A DNA stretch of 64,000 nt. It comes from Acidimicrobiales bacterium (GTDB taxonomy: Bacteria > Actinomycetota > Acidimicrobiia > Acidimicrobiales > CADCSY01). The notes under the pieces were generated by a model. It had not been told where the DNA came from. It worked only from the letters and a program-made list of their open reading frames with translations, and did no database searches. How positions within the stretch are numbered: the stretch's first letter is position 1; every line of letters starts with the position of its first letter. The position numbers were made by a program, and so were the translations under genes. Location of the stretch: NCBI GenBank assembly GCA_035540955.1, contig DATLFP010000009.1, positions 845 to 64,844 of the forward strand, written 5' to 3'. This document shows, in pieces, positions 17,665-26,330 of this stretch.

Positions 17665-19994
17665 CGATCGTCGAGCAGCGACCGGTACAGGTCGAGGTAC
17701 CGCTCGGCGTTCCGGTCCCACGTGCGCTCCTGCTGGATCCACGTGCGCCCGGCGGTCCCGAGTCTCCGGCGTCGTGCAGGTGACGCGAGCAGCTCGTCGA
17801 TCCGACGTGCCAGGTCGCGTTCGTCCCCGGGGCGGAACAGCAGGCCCCGCTCCTCGGCGCCGACGATCTCCCGCAGCGACGGAAGGTCGGCGACGATCAT
17901 CGCGCGCTCGAGCGCGAGGGCCTCGTAGGGCTTCAGGGGCGTCACGTGATCGGCGGCGTAGTCGGGACGGCGGGGCACGACGAACACGTCGATGAGCGAG
18001 TAGTAGCGGTGGATGTCGCGGTGGTCGACCTCTCCGGTGAACACCACCCGATCACGGATCCCCAGCGACCGGGTCAGCCGCTCCATGCTCGGGCGGTCGG
18101 GTCCTTCTCCGACCAAGAGGCACCGGACGTCGGGGCGAGCGCGCGCCACCTCGGCGAAGCCACGCAGGAGCACGTCGTGCCCCTCGCGGTGCGAGATGTT
18201 GGAGATGTAGCCGACGATCGGGGCGTCGACGGCGATGCCCAGCCGCTGCTTCAGGTCGACGTCGGGACCGGCGACCTCGAAGACGCCGATGTCGACGGCG
18301 TTCGGCACCACGGTGATCTTCCACTCGGGCACTCCCCGCTCGACGAGCACGGCCGCCATCGCGTTGGAGATGGTCACGACGGCGTCGGCCTCGGCCATGC
18401 ATCGGTTCTCCTGGGCGATGCGGAGCCGGGTCCACTCGCGCGTCAGCTTGTCGTGCAGCCGGGGTGAGCCCCACAGGTGCTCGTGGAGCGAACGGACCTC
18501 GTACACCAGCGGGAGATCGAAGTGGCGGGCGAGGGCGATCCCCTTGAGCGCGAGCTCGTAGCCCCGAAACCCGGAAGCGGCGTGGATGAGGTCGGCGCCC
18601 CGCCGGCGGATCACGGCGGCGGTGGCGACGGCATCGAGGGTGAGGCGCCGGTCGAGGGGGAGCGAGGTGCTGTCGCCGGGCATCCGGAGGTGGACGTGAC
18701 GCACGCCTTCGACGTCGTGCTCGTCGGAGAAGTCGTCGCGGCCGTGACTGGCGGGGTACCCGAGCGGGGTGACGACGTACGGGGCGAGCCCGAGCTCACG
18801 CTGCGAGCGGACCACGTTGAGGTTCCGGATGGCCCCGCCCGTGCTCTCGAACGGGTAGCTCACCTTGAACAGATGGCACGGCTGGATCGTCTCGTGCGCG
18901 GTGGGGGCGGCCGCCGAGCGTCCCGGGACCTCGGGCAACCACTCGGTGTCCAGCTCCCGCAGGGTCCCGACGGCCCGCGTGTACGCCGCCGTCGCCTGCT
19001 CCGAGCCGGACACGAGTGCGAGCTCGCGCAGCGTCTCGGCGTGGTCCGAGAGCCGGCCCTCGGCGAGCTGGAGGCGGGCGAGCATCCGGAGGGAGTCAGC
19101 ATCGGCGTCGCCGCTGGCGATGCGCCGCCCCAGGGCGGGTCCGGTGATCGGCTCCACCACGGGCTGGCCGCCGAGGAAGAGGACGTCGTCCACCGCGCGG
19201 TCCCACGCCCGGAACTGCAGGCGGACCATCGTCGACCTGCCGGGCGGTTCGAGGAGACACGCAAAGGGGCTCACCGAGCCACCGGCGGTCGTCGGAAGGT
19301 ACCGGTACCAGCCGATGTCGTCGCGCGCCGAGCGCGCGAGGTGGCGGTACGGCCCGGGGATGGCCTGGCCCTCGCCGTCAACGAACTCGACGGCGACGAG
19401 CACGGCCCGCGCCGACGGTGTCTCGGTCCCGACGATCGTTCCCGACAGCAGGTACGAGCGGTCGTCGGTGACGGTGAGGTGCACCTCGATCGGCTCGTTG
19501 GTGGTGAGCTGCAGGGGGCCGGCCGACGCCCGGCGCTTCGCCCGCGAGGTCTTCTTCGCCACTGGGGGTGGCAACACCGGGCTGACCGACACGCGCGTGT
19601 CGGTGGGCCCCGGACGCTCGAGCAGGAACACCAGGCCGCCGACCTCGTCGAACGCCACCAGGCTGCAGGCGCTGTCGAGGTAGCGATGGAGCTCGTCGTA
19701 GTAGTCGAGCCACCAGAGCGCCCAGGTCGGCAGCACGAAGTACCGCGCCCCGCCCTCGCGGAGCAGCTCGAGGTGGGCGACGGCCTCGCCACCGGTCGCC
19801 GGGTTGTACCCGAGCCACGAGCCGTCGTCGGCCTGGGGGAAGTGCATGCCGACGGCGTCGCCGACGGCGAGCAAGGCGTCGTCGCCGCGGGTGACCACGA
19901 GCACGCGCTCGCCGGCGGGCACGGTGCGGCGGACGAGGTCGACGGTCCGCTCGCTGGCGCGCTCGGTGCGGGCGTCCTGCTCCAGGGCGGTCAT
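17649..19994 (-). CDS. multidomain glycosyltransferase: unassigned N-terminal module + unassigned beta-rich middle + C-terminal GT4 domain
   Basis: Start MTALEQD at 19994 (ATGA overlap). The C-terminal ~380 aa are GT4-like (GYISNISHREGHDVLL, EALALERAMIVADLPSLREIV). The N-terminal ~110 aa repeat the C-terminal module of the 23044..25164 protein. Confidence 0.8.
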   Translation of the reverse strand: MTALEQDARTERASERTVDLVRRTVPAGERVLVVTRGDDALLAVGDAVGMHFPQADDGSWLGYNPATGGEAVAHLELLREGGARYFVLPTWALWWLDYYDELHRYLDSACSLVAFDEVGGLVFLLERPGPTDTRVSVSPVLPPPVAKKTSRAKRRASAGPLQLTTNEPIEVHLTVTDDRSYLLSGTIVGTETPSARAVLVAVEFVDGEGQAIPGPYRHLARSARDDIGWYRYLPTTAGGSVSPFACLLEPPGRSTMVRLQFRAWDRAVDDVLFLGGQPVVEPITGPALGRRIASGDADADSLRMLARLQLAEGRLSDHAETLRELALVSGSEQATAAYTRAVGTLRELDTEWLPEVPGRSAAAPTAHETIQPCHLFKVSYPFESTGGAIRNLNVVRSQRELGLAPYVVTPLGYPASHGRDDFSDEHDVEGVRHVHLRMPGDSTSLPLDRRLTLDAVATAAVIRRRGADLIHAASGFRGYELALKGIALARHFDLPLVYEVRSLHEHLWGSPRLHDKLTREWTRLRIAQENRCMAEADAVVTISNAMAAVLVERGVPEWKITVVPNAVDIGVFEVAGPDVDLKQRLGIAVDAPIVGYISNISHREGHDVLLRGFAEVARARPDVRCLLVGEGPDRPSMERLTRSLGIRDRVVFTGEVDHRDIHRYYSLIDVFVVPRRPDYAADHVTPLKPYEALALERAMIVADLPSLREIVGAEERGLLFRPGDERDLARRIDELLASPARRRRLGTAGRTWIQQERTWDRNAERYLDLYRSLLDDRQCTR

Positions 19995-21124
19995 CGGGTC
20001 GCCTCGAGGACGGCTTCGAGCACGGCGCCGAGCACGCGATCGCTGTCGAGGTGCTCCTCCGCGATCCGACGGGCGGCGACCCGGTGGCGCTCCGGCTCGG
20101 CGAGGACGTCGGCCATGGCCGCGGCGGCGCCGTCCGCGGAGTCGAACCCCAACAGCCCGGCGTCGGCCGGAAGGTGCTCGCTCCATCCGGTGTCCTGGGC
20201 GACCACGGGACGCCCGCTCGCCAGGTAGCAGGCCGAGCGATCGCTGAACCACCCCGATCGGGACACGACGTAGCCCTCCTTGGCGATGGCGAGCTCACCG
20301 AGCGAGCCCTGGATGAACGACCGGTAGGCGTCGGGGTCGTGGGCAACCGCTTCCGGATCGAGCCATCGCCATCCGTGCTCTTCGAGCAGGGCGACGTCCT
20401 TGTGCTCGCCGGGGTGGATCCCGAGCGCGGGTAGCAGCGCCGCGGGGGCGAGGCGCGGGAGCTCGACGAACGCCCGCCACGCGTGGGCCTTCTGGCCGTG
20501 GCGCACCCCGTCGTGCTCGACCGACCCGTAGCCCCGCCAGCTGGCGACGGTGGTGAACGCCGGGGTCGTCACCGGCCCGGCTGCCGGCCAGGCGGTCAGC
20601 ACGACGGGGGGCAGCGTGGTGAGCCAGCGGCGCCCGTCCGTCGGGATGGTGTTCTCGGCGGCGCCGATGTTCAGCCCGACGGTCACGAAGTGCGTGTGGC
20701 CGTCGAAGCCCATGTCGATCCCGTCGGCCTGCCACAGCTGGGTGAACGCGGGGTCGAGGTCGAGATAGACGCGCGCCGGTGCCGGGTGCACGAGCTCGGA
20801 GTGGCGCAACATGCCGGCCACGTTGACGACGACGTCGGCGTGGCGGGCGAACGCCGCCAGCTGCGGGAACGGTACGCCCTCGGTCCGGCCTCGGCCGTCG
20901 ACCAGCGCGGCGCGATCGGCGAGTCCGAAGTCGGCCGCCACCGAACGGAAGTAGGACACGCTCGGTGGCCGGAGCACGTCGACCGGCTCCACCAGCACGA
21001 CGTCGTGGCCGAGCCGTCGCAGCCCGAGCACCCACTGGAGCACGGCCCAGGTGGCGCCGCCGTGGTGGGGCACCCCTGCAACCATGCCGGCGACGACGAT
21101 CCGCAGTCGGTCAGGGCGCAACAC
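19991..21124 (-). CDS. GT-B-like protein of unassigned family, paralogue 1
   Basis: It shares blocks with 21111..22232 and 25161..26330 (TTVASWRG, KAH..R.F..LPR, GWFSDRS..YLA.GRPV..QDTG). The start is taken as GTG 21124 by N-terminal alignment to the paralogues (LRIVVAGMVAG). The track start at 21235 would overlap the upstream gene by 125 nt. Confidence 0.65.
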   Translation of the reverse strand: MLRPDRLRIVVAGMVAGVPHHGGATWAVLQWVLGLRRLGHDVVLVEPVDVLRPPSVSYFRSVAADFGLADRAALVDGRGRTEGVPFPQLAAFARHADVVVNVAGMLRHSELVHPAPARVYLDLDPAFTQLWQADGIDMGFDGHTHFVTVGLNIGAAENTIPTDGRRWLTTLPPVVLTAWPAAGPVTTPAFTTVASWRGYGSVEHDGVRHGQKAHAWRAFVELPRLAPAALLPALGIHPGEHKDVALLEEHGWRWLDPEAVAHDPDAYRSFIQGSLGELAIAKEGYVVSRSGWFSDRSACYLASGRPVVAQDTGWSEHLPADAGLLGFDSADGAAAAMADVLAEPERHRVAARRIAEEHLDSDRVLGAVLEAVLEATR

Positions 21125-22232
21125 CGACCTCCTCGCAGAGCCGGCCGAGGACCCGCTTGGCGTCGAACCACTCGGCGGCGAGGGCGCGCGCCGCGCGGGC
21201 GTGGCGATCGACGTCGGCGGCGATGGCACGCGCACCGGCTACGGCCGCGTCGTCGTCGTCGAAGGCGAGGAGCCCTTCGCCCACGGGAAGCACCTCGGAG
21301 AAGCCGGTGTCCTGCACCAGGACCGGTCGGCCGGACGCGAGGTATCGCACGCTCCGGTCGCTGAACCAGCCGGTGCGCGGGTGCACGTACACCGCCTGGG
21401 CCACCGACAGCTCGGCGGGCGACGACTGGACGTAGGCGCGGAACGCGTGCGGGCTGCCGGCGGTGGCGGCCGGTTCGACCAGGTGCCAGCCGTTGCGCTC
21501 GAGCGCGGTGCGGTCGGCGTCGTCGCCGGGATGGATCTCGAGGCACAGCTCGAGGTCGGCCTCGACGCGGCGCGGGAGGTCGAGGAACCGCCGGAACTCG
21601 TGGGCCTTCGTGCCGAGGGTGTCGCCGCCGAACGCGACAGGGCCGTACGCGCCGCGCCATGACGCCACCGTCGTGAACCGGTCGCACGGCACGGGCGGCT
21701 GCACCGGCCAGTCGTCGAGCACGACGGGCTGCAGGGTGGGCCGCCAGGCGATGCCGTCGGTCGGGATGGCGCATCCCTTCGTGCCGATGAGGGCGCCGAC
21801 CGTGTACCAGTGGTCGTGGCGCTCGAGGGGTGCGGTGCCGTCGGCGTGCCACAGCTGGGTGTAGCCGGGATCCAGGTCGACGAACACCGTCGTGGCCGGA
21901 CCTTCGGTGAGCTTCGGGTCCGTCAGGTGGCCCGAGATGTTGAGCAGCAGCGCAGCGGAGGCGGCCAGGTCGACGAGCTGGGCGTGCGGCAGGCCGGCGG
22001 CGGTGCTGCCGTCGGCTCGCAGCAGCGTCGACCGGCACGTGAGCCCGAAGTCGCCCATCACCTCGGCGAACCAGTCCTCGGCGTGGGCATCGGCACCCGG
22101 CGCCAGCTGCTCCACCACGTGCACGTCGAAGCCCAGCCGGGCGAGGCCGACGGCCCAGCTGAGTCGGGTCCACGCCGCCCCGCCGTTCCCCGGCTTGTTG
22201 GCCACGGCGCCGGCCACCAGCGCGGTCGTCAT
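21111..22232 (-). CDS. GT-B-like protein of unassigned family, paralogue 2
   Basis: Start MTTALVAGAVANKPGNGGAAW at 22232 (ATGA overlap with the methyltransferase stop). It has the same conserved blocks as paralogues 1 and 3. Confidence 0.65.
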   Translation of the reverse strand: MTTALVAGAVANKPGNGGAAWTRLSWAVGLARLGFDVHVVEQLAPGADAHAEDWFAEVMGDFGLTCRSTLLRADGSTAAGLPHAQLVDLAASAALLLNISGHLTDPKLTEGPATTVFVDLDPGYTQLWHADGTAPLERHDHWYTVGALIGTKGCAIPTDGIAWRPTLQPVVLDDWPVQPPVPCDRFTTVASWRGAYGPVAFGGDTLGTKAHEFRRFLDLPRRVEADLELCLEIHPGDDADRTALERNGWHLVEPAATAGSPHAFRAYVQSSPAELSVAQAVYVHPRTGWFSDRSVRYLASGRPVLVQDTGFSEVLPVGEGLLAFDDDDAAVAGARAIAADVDRHARAARALAAEWFDAKRVLGRLCEEVGVAP

Positions 22233-23047
22233 CGCCGGACCGTCCTCGCCATGGTGGTGAGCCGGGGGAGCTGAACCTGTCGGTTGCCCGTTCCGGTGCC
22301 GACGACGCAGATCCCGATGCGATCGAGGTCGACGACGACGCGCACCGAGGGGTGGCGACGGAGCGCGGCCCATGCCCGCTCCATCCCGTCGGACCACGCG
22401 ATGTCGTCGAACACCACGACCGCGGGGTCGGTGAGGTGGGGGACGATCTGGTCGAAGTACTCCTGGGTGGCGGCCTCGTCGTGGTGGCCGTCGATGAAGG
22501 CCAGGTCGAACGGTCCGGCCCGGTCGAGGACGTCGGCGAGCGTCGAGCGGAACAGCCCGGGGATCACGTCGACCGAGTGCAGACCCAGTTCCGAGAGGTG
22601 CTGCCGAGCGCGAGCCGCCAGCGTCGGCGCTCCCTCGAGCGTGGTGAGGGTGCCGCCGCCGTTCAGCTGGGCGCCGGCGGCGAGATAGGCCCCCGAGACG
22701 CCGAGGCACGTCCCGAGCTCGAGGATCCGTGCCGGGCGGAGCTCGCGGGCGAGCGCGAGGAGCACGAGCGCCCACGGCCCCTTCTTGCTGCGACGGGCGG
22801 CGACCTCACCGAGGACCATCGGCTTGGTGACGCCGCGGGCGTTCTGGAGCGCGGTGTCGATCTCCTCGGTCGACGCGTCGAGCCGGGCGCGCAGCGCCTC
22901 GATGGCGTCGACCCACCGGCGCTCGTCTGGCGTCAGCTCGTCGGTGACGGTGCGAGCCACCGCGGCGCCGAGCGCGCGCACGACGGGGTCGTCGTCGGCG
23001 CGCAGCGCCGCGAGGGCGTCGGGCAGGGCCGGGGACGAGAGCGTCAT
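22229..23047 (-). CDS. class I SAM-dependent methyltransferase (O-methyltransferase family 3-like)
   Basis: Start MTLSSPALP at 23047 (ATGA overlap). It has the motif I segment ILELGTCLGVSGAYLA and a DLAFIDGHHD segment. Confidence 0.75.
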   Translation of the reverse strand: MTLSSPALPDALAALRADDDPVVRALGAAVARTVTDELTPDERRWVDAIEALRARLDASTEEIDTALQNARGVTKPMVLGEVAARRSKKGPWALVLLALARELRPARILELGTCLGVSGAYLAAGAQLNGGGTLTTLEGAPTLAARARQHLSELGLHSVDVIPGLFRSTLADVLDRAGPFDLAFIDGHHDEAATQEYFDQIVPHLTDPAVVVFDDIAWSDGMERAWAALRRHPSVRVVVDLDRIGICVVGTGTGNRQVQLPRLTTMARTVRR

Positions 23048-25164
23048 CGGACCTCCGAGAGGGCGGCGACGGGAACGAACCGGGGCGCGGCCGGTCTGCC
23101 GTCGTCCGGCGCGGGCGCGACGACGCCGAGGCGGAAGACGGCGCCGACCTCGTCCTGGAAGGCGACCAGCGTGGCCGAGGTCTCGAGGTGGCGACGGAGC
23201 CCGTCGTAGAACGTGAGCCACCAAAGGCCCGAGGCCGGTACCGCGAAGTACTCGGCGCCGCGCCCGTGCAGGTCGACGACCTGGGCCAGGGCCTCGTCGC
23301 TGTCGGCGGGATGATGACCGGCGTACACGCCGTCGTCGACCTGGGGCACGTGCCAGCCCCGGCGACCGCCGAGGTCGACGAGGCGGGGGTCGCCACGGCT
23401 GACGACGGCGACGGTGGACCCTTCGGGCACGGCGGCGACGACCAGCGCGCGCATCCGCTCGACCAGCGACTCGCCCGGCCCGGTGCCGCGCCAGTCACGG
23501 CGGAAGCGCTCCGCCAGGGCGGCGGTGTCGTCCGGACGCGGGACGGCCGGCGGAGCCGACCCCGCGAGGGCCCGGCACAGCTCGTCGATCCGCGCCGCCA
23601 CCGGCGCCGGTGGCGCCGCCAGGCCGACGTCGTCGGCGGGCTGCACCTCGCGCAGCGGGCGGTTGCACGACGGGTCGGGATCCAACCCGACGAAGGCCAA
23701 GCAGCGGTCGGCGACGGCCGCGCCGTCACGGCAGAGCTCGTCGTAGCCGACCCGCAGCACCCGGTCGGCGCCCAGGGCCCGCTCGAGCGCGAGCCCGGCC
23801 TCGACCGCCGCCACCCACGACCGCCACGCCGAGTCGGGCGTGTGGAACGCGCCGTCGGTCGTCGGCGAGCCGGCGAGGGCCCGGACCAGGTCGGCGGGAT
23901 CGCGCACGACGTGGACGAACCCGGCGTCGGGGAAGAGCGTGGCGAGGGCGTGGGCGGCGGGCAGCAGCTCGGTGCCGGCGACGACGGGTCGCCGTCCGAG
24001 CGGACCTGTTGTCACCGAGAGCAGCGCCGCCGCCAGATGGTCGCGAAACCCAGTGGGCGCGGGCGCCGCCGGCTCGGCGGCGCGCCGCTCGATGTCGCCG
24101 GCGGCGCGCGCCAGCCAGCGTCCGTCGTGCACCAGCTCGAGCTGACGATGTTGTCCGAGCGCCAGAGCCACCATCGCGTGTCCGGACCGCGGAGCCCCCA
24201 CGACGAACACGGGCCGGCTGCTCCGACCTCCGCTGGCGCGGGGGGCGCCGACGGACGCCGGGCGCGGGCCACGCTGGACGACGCGAGCCAGCGAGCGCTC
24301 GGGCCGTCCGACGCGATCGAGGTCGGGTCCGGCGAGATGACGGAGGTAGGGAGGCGCGGTGGTCAGCCACGGGCGGAGGTCGGGCGCCTTGCCCGCGGCG
24401 ACGCGCGCGGCGTTGTGGCGCGCCCGAGCCGCCAGCACCGACTGCACTCCCTGGCGGGCCGGCGAGCCCAGTGCGGTGGTCGAGCCCAACGTGAGCGAGC
24501 CCGGCCGCTTGCGACGGAAGTAGCCGAAGTGGTCGGCGTTGACGACGCGCGCGACGTGGGCGGCGCGGCGAAGGAACTCGGCATCGCCGGAGAAGCGCAT
24601 GCCGCTCGAGAAGCCGCCGAGGCGACCGACCAGCGACCCGGTGACGATGCTCGTCGGGTGCAGGAGGGGGAACGCGGTGGGCCGCTCGCACAGCACCGCG
24701 TTCACGTCGAGCGGATAGGTGACCGGGACGATGTCGCCCTCCGTCACGAGGACCCGGATCTCGTGGCTGCCGACGAGGTCGGCCCCCGTGCTCTCAGCCG
24801 CGGCGAGGAGCACCTCGAGCCGGTCGGGGGCGGACCAGTCGTCGGCGTCCTGGAAGAGGTAGCCGTCGAACTCGGTCCGGTCGATCACGGCCTGGACGAG
24901 GCGGTACGGCCCGCCGTTGTCGTCTGCGGCCAGCAGCGTCACCTCGGGGAACGCACGCACGACGTCGATCGGGGGCTCCTGGGAGCCGTCGTCGATCACG
25001 ACGATGGCGTCGGGCGGCCTCGTCTGGTCGAGAAGCGACTCGATGGCCTGGCCGAGCCACTGCTCGCACTGGAAGTGCGGCACCAGTGCGCAGACCGACG
25101 AACGCCCGTCGAGCGGCGTCGTGCTCACGCTCATGATTCGCTCGCTCGTTCCTCGCTCGCTCAT
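23044..25164 (-). CDS. trifunctional-looking protein: GT2 domain - sulfotransferase domain - unassigned C-terminal module
   Basis: 706 aa. The N-terminus is GT2 (VIDDGSQEP, LFQDADDW). The middle has a PAPS-binding-like 5-prime-PSB loop FVVGAPRSGHAM and a 3-prime-PB-like FVHVVRDPADLV. The last ~120 aa match the N-terminus of 17649..19994. Confidence 0.8.
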   Translation of the reverse strand: MSERGTSERIMSVSTTPLDGRSSVCALVPHFQCEQWLGQAIESLLDQTRPPDAIVVIDDGSQEPPIDVVRAFPEVTLLAADDNGGPYRLVQAVIDRTEFDGYLFQDADDWSAPDRLEVLLAAAESTGADLVGSHEIRVLVTEGDIVPVTYPLDVNAVLCERPTAFPLLHPTSIVTGSLVGRLGGFSSGMRFSGDAEFLRRAAHVARVVNADHFGYFRRKRPGSLTLGSTTALGSPARQGVQSVLAARARHNAARVAAGKAPDLRPWLTTAPPYLRHLAGPDLDRVGRPERSLARVVQRGPRPASVGAPRASGGRSSRPVFVVGAPRSGHAMVALALGQHRQLELVHDGRWLARAAGDIERRAAEPAAPAPTGFRDHLAAALLSVTTGPLGRRPVVAGTELLPAAHALATLFPDAGFVHVVRDPADLVRALAGSPTTDGAFHTPDSAWRSWVAAVEAGLALERALGADRVLRVGYDELCRDGAAVADRCLAFVGLDPDPSCNRPLREVQPADDVGLAAPPAPVAARIDELCRALAGSAPPAVPRPDDTAALAERFRRDWRGTGPGESLVERMRALVVAAVPEGSTVAVVSRGDPRLVDLGGRRGWHVPQVDDGVYAGHHPADSDEALAQVVDLHGRGAEYFAVPASGLWWLTFYDGLRRHLETSATLVAFQDEVGAVFRLGVVAPAPDDGRPAAPRFVPVAALSEVR

Positions 25165-26330
25165 GGCTGCACCCCCAGGTCGTCGAGCATGCGACCGAGC
25201 ACGAGGTCCGAGTCGAAGTGCTCGCGGGCGATCGCGGCGGCAGCCTTGGCGTGGCGATCCCAGTCGCGCTCGATCTCGAGCAGCGCGTCGGCCGCCTCCT
25301 CGACGGTGCGGTACGCGAACAGCCCTTCACCGGTGGGTAGGACCTCGCCGAAGGCGGTGTCCTGGGTGACGACGGGCCGGCCGGCGGCGAGGTAGGTCGC
25401 CGACCGGTCCGAGAACCACCCCGTCTTCAGGCGCACGTTCTGGTCCTTGGCGACGGTGACCTCGCCGCGGGACGCGGTGATGTAGTCGCGGTACCGGTCG
25501 GCGTCGGCCGACACCTCGACCGCCGGTCGGACCGCGAAGCCCCGGCGCTCGAGGCGCTCCCGGTCGCGCGCCATGAAACCGGCGAGGGCGAGCTCGATCG
25601 GGAGCCGCGTGCGCCGGGGCAGCTCGAGCACCTTGGCCCACTCGGTGTGCTTGCTCCAGGTGTAGGGCTCGCCGTCGAGCTCGACCGTGCGCCACGACTG
25701 GCGCCAGTTGCCGATCGTCGTCCACGTCGGTCCGGCGGGCACCTCGCGCTCCCACAGGTCGAGCACGACCGGCTGCCGGGTGGGGTGGAACCGGAACCGA
25801 GCGTCGACGGGGAGGTTGCAGCCCGGTCGTCCGTAGTTCTCGCCGAAGGTGAAGAAGGCGCAGTGCGGCTCGAGATAGTCGACGGTCTCGGCCCGGCCCT
25901 CGTGCAGCTCGACCTGCACCTGCACCGGATCGGTCTCCAGGTAGACGAGCCGACCGCCGGCGGCGTGCTCCGGACGCGGCGTGGTCCCACCGTGGAGGTT
26001 CACGACCACGGCGGCCGAACGGTACAGGTCGTCGAGGCTGTCGGCCACCGGGCCCACGGCGCGGCCGTCGTCGTGGAGCGCCTGGAACGCCCACCGGTCG
26101 GCGAGCCCGAACCGCTCGAGCGTGCGTCCGATGAACCCGGCCGCCGCGTCGGTGCCCGGGTCATCGGCCGAGCGGCAGAACGCCGAGGGGTTGATGCCGT
26201 GCGCCTCGACGTAGAACGCGTCACACCCGAGCCGCTCCAGGCCGAGCAGGTAGTGGGCCGTCTGCCACACGACGCCGGCCACGGGCATCTTGGTCATCAT
26301 CCCGAGCACGACGACGCGGGGCCGGCTCAT
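25161..26330 (-). CDS. GT-B-like protein of unassigned family, paralogue 3
   Basis: 389 aa with MSRPRVVVLGMMTKMPVAGVVW, TTIGNWRQSW and GWFSDRSATYLAAGRPVVTQDTAF. ATGA overlaps occur at both ends. Confidence 0.65.
   Translation of the reverse strand: MSRPRVVVLGMMTKMPVAGVVWQTAHYLLGLERLGCDAFYVEAHGINPSAFCRSADDPGTDAAAGFIGRTLERFGLADRWAFQALHDDGRAVGPVADSLDDLYRSAAVVVNLHGGTTPRPEHAAGGRLVYLETDPVQVQVELHEGRAETVDYLEPHCAFFTFGENYGRPGCNLPVDARFRFHPTRQPVVLDLWEREVPAGPTWTTIGNWRQSWRTVELDGEPYTWSKHTEWAKVLELPRRTRLPIELALAGFMARDRERLERRGFAVRPAVEVSADADRYRDYITASRGEVTVAKDQNVRLKTGWFSDRSATYLAAGRPVVTQDTAFGEVLPTGEGLFAYRTVEEAADALLEIERDWDRHAKAAAAIAREHFDSDLVLGRMLDDLGVQP

Noticed and set aside
21125-21235. Longer start (ATG 21235) for GT-B-like paralogue 1
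   Set aside because: It would overlap the upstream paralogue by 125 nt and add a Pro/Ser/Arg-rich segment absent from the two paralogues. GTG 21124 aligns with their N-termini. The call remains uncertain.
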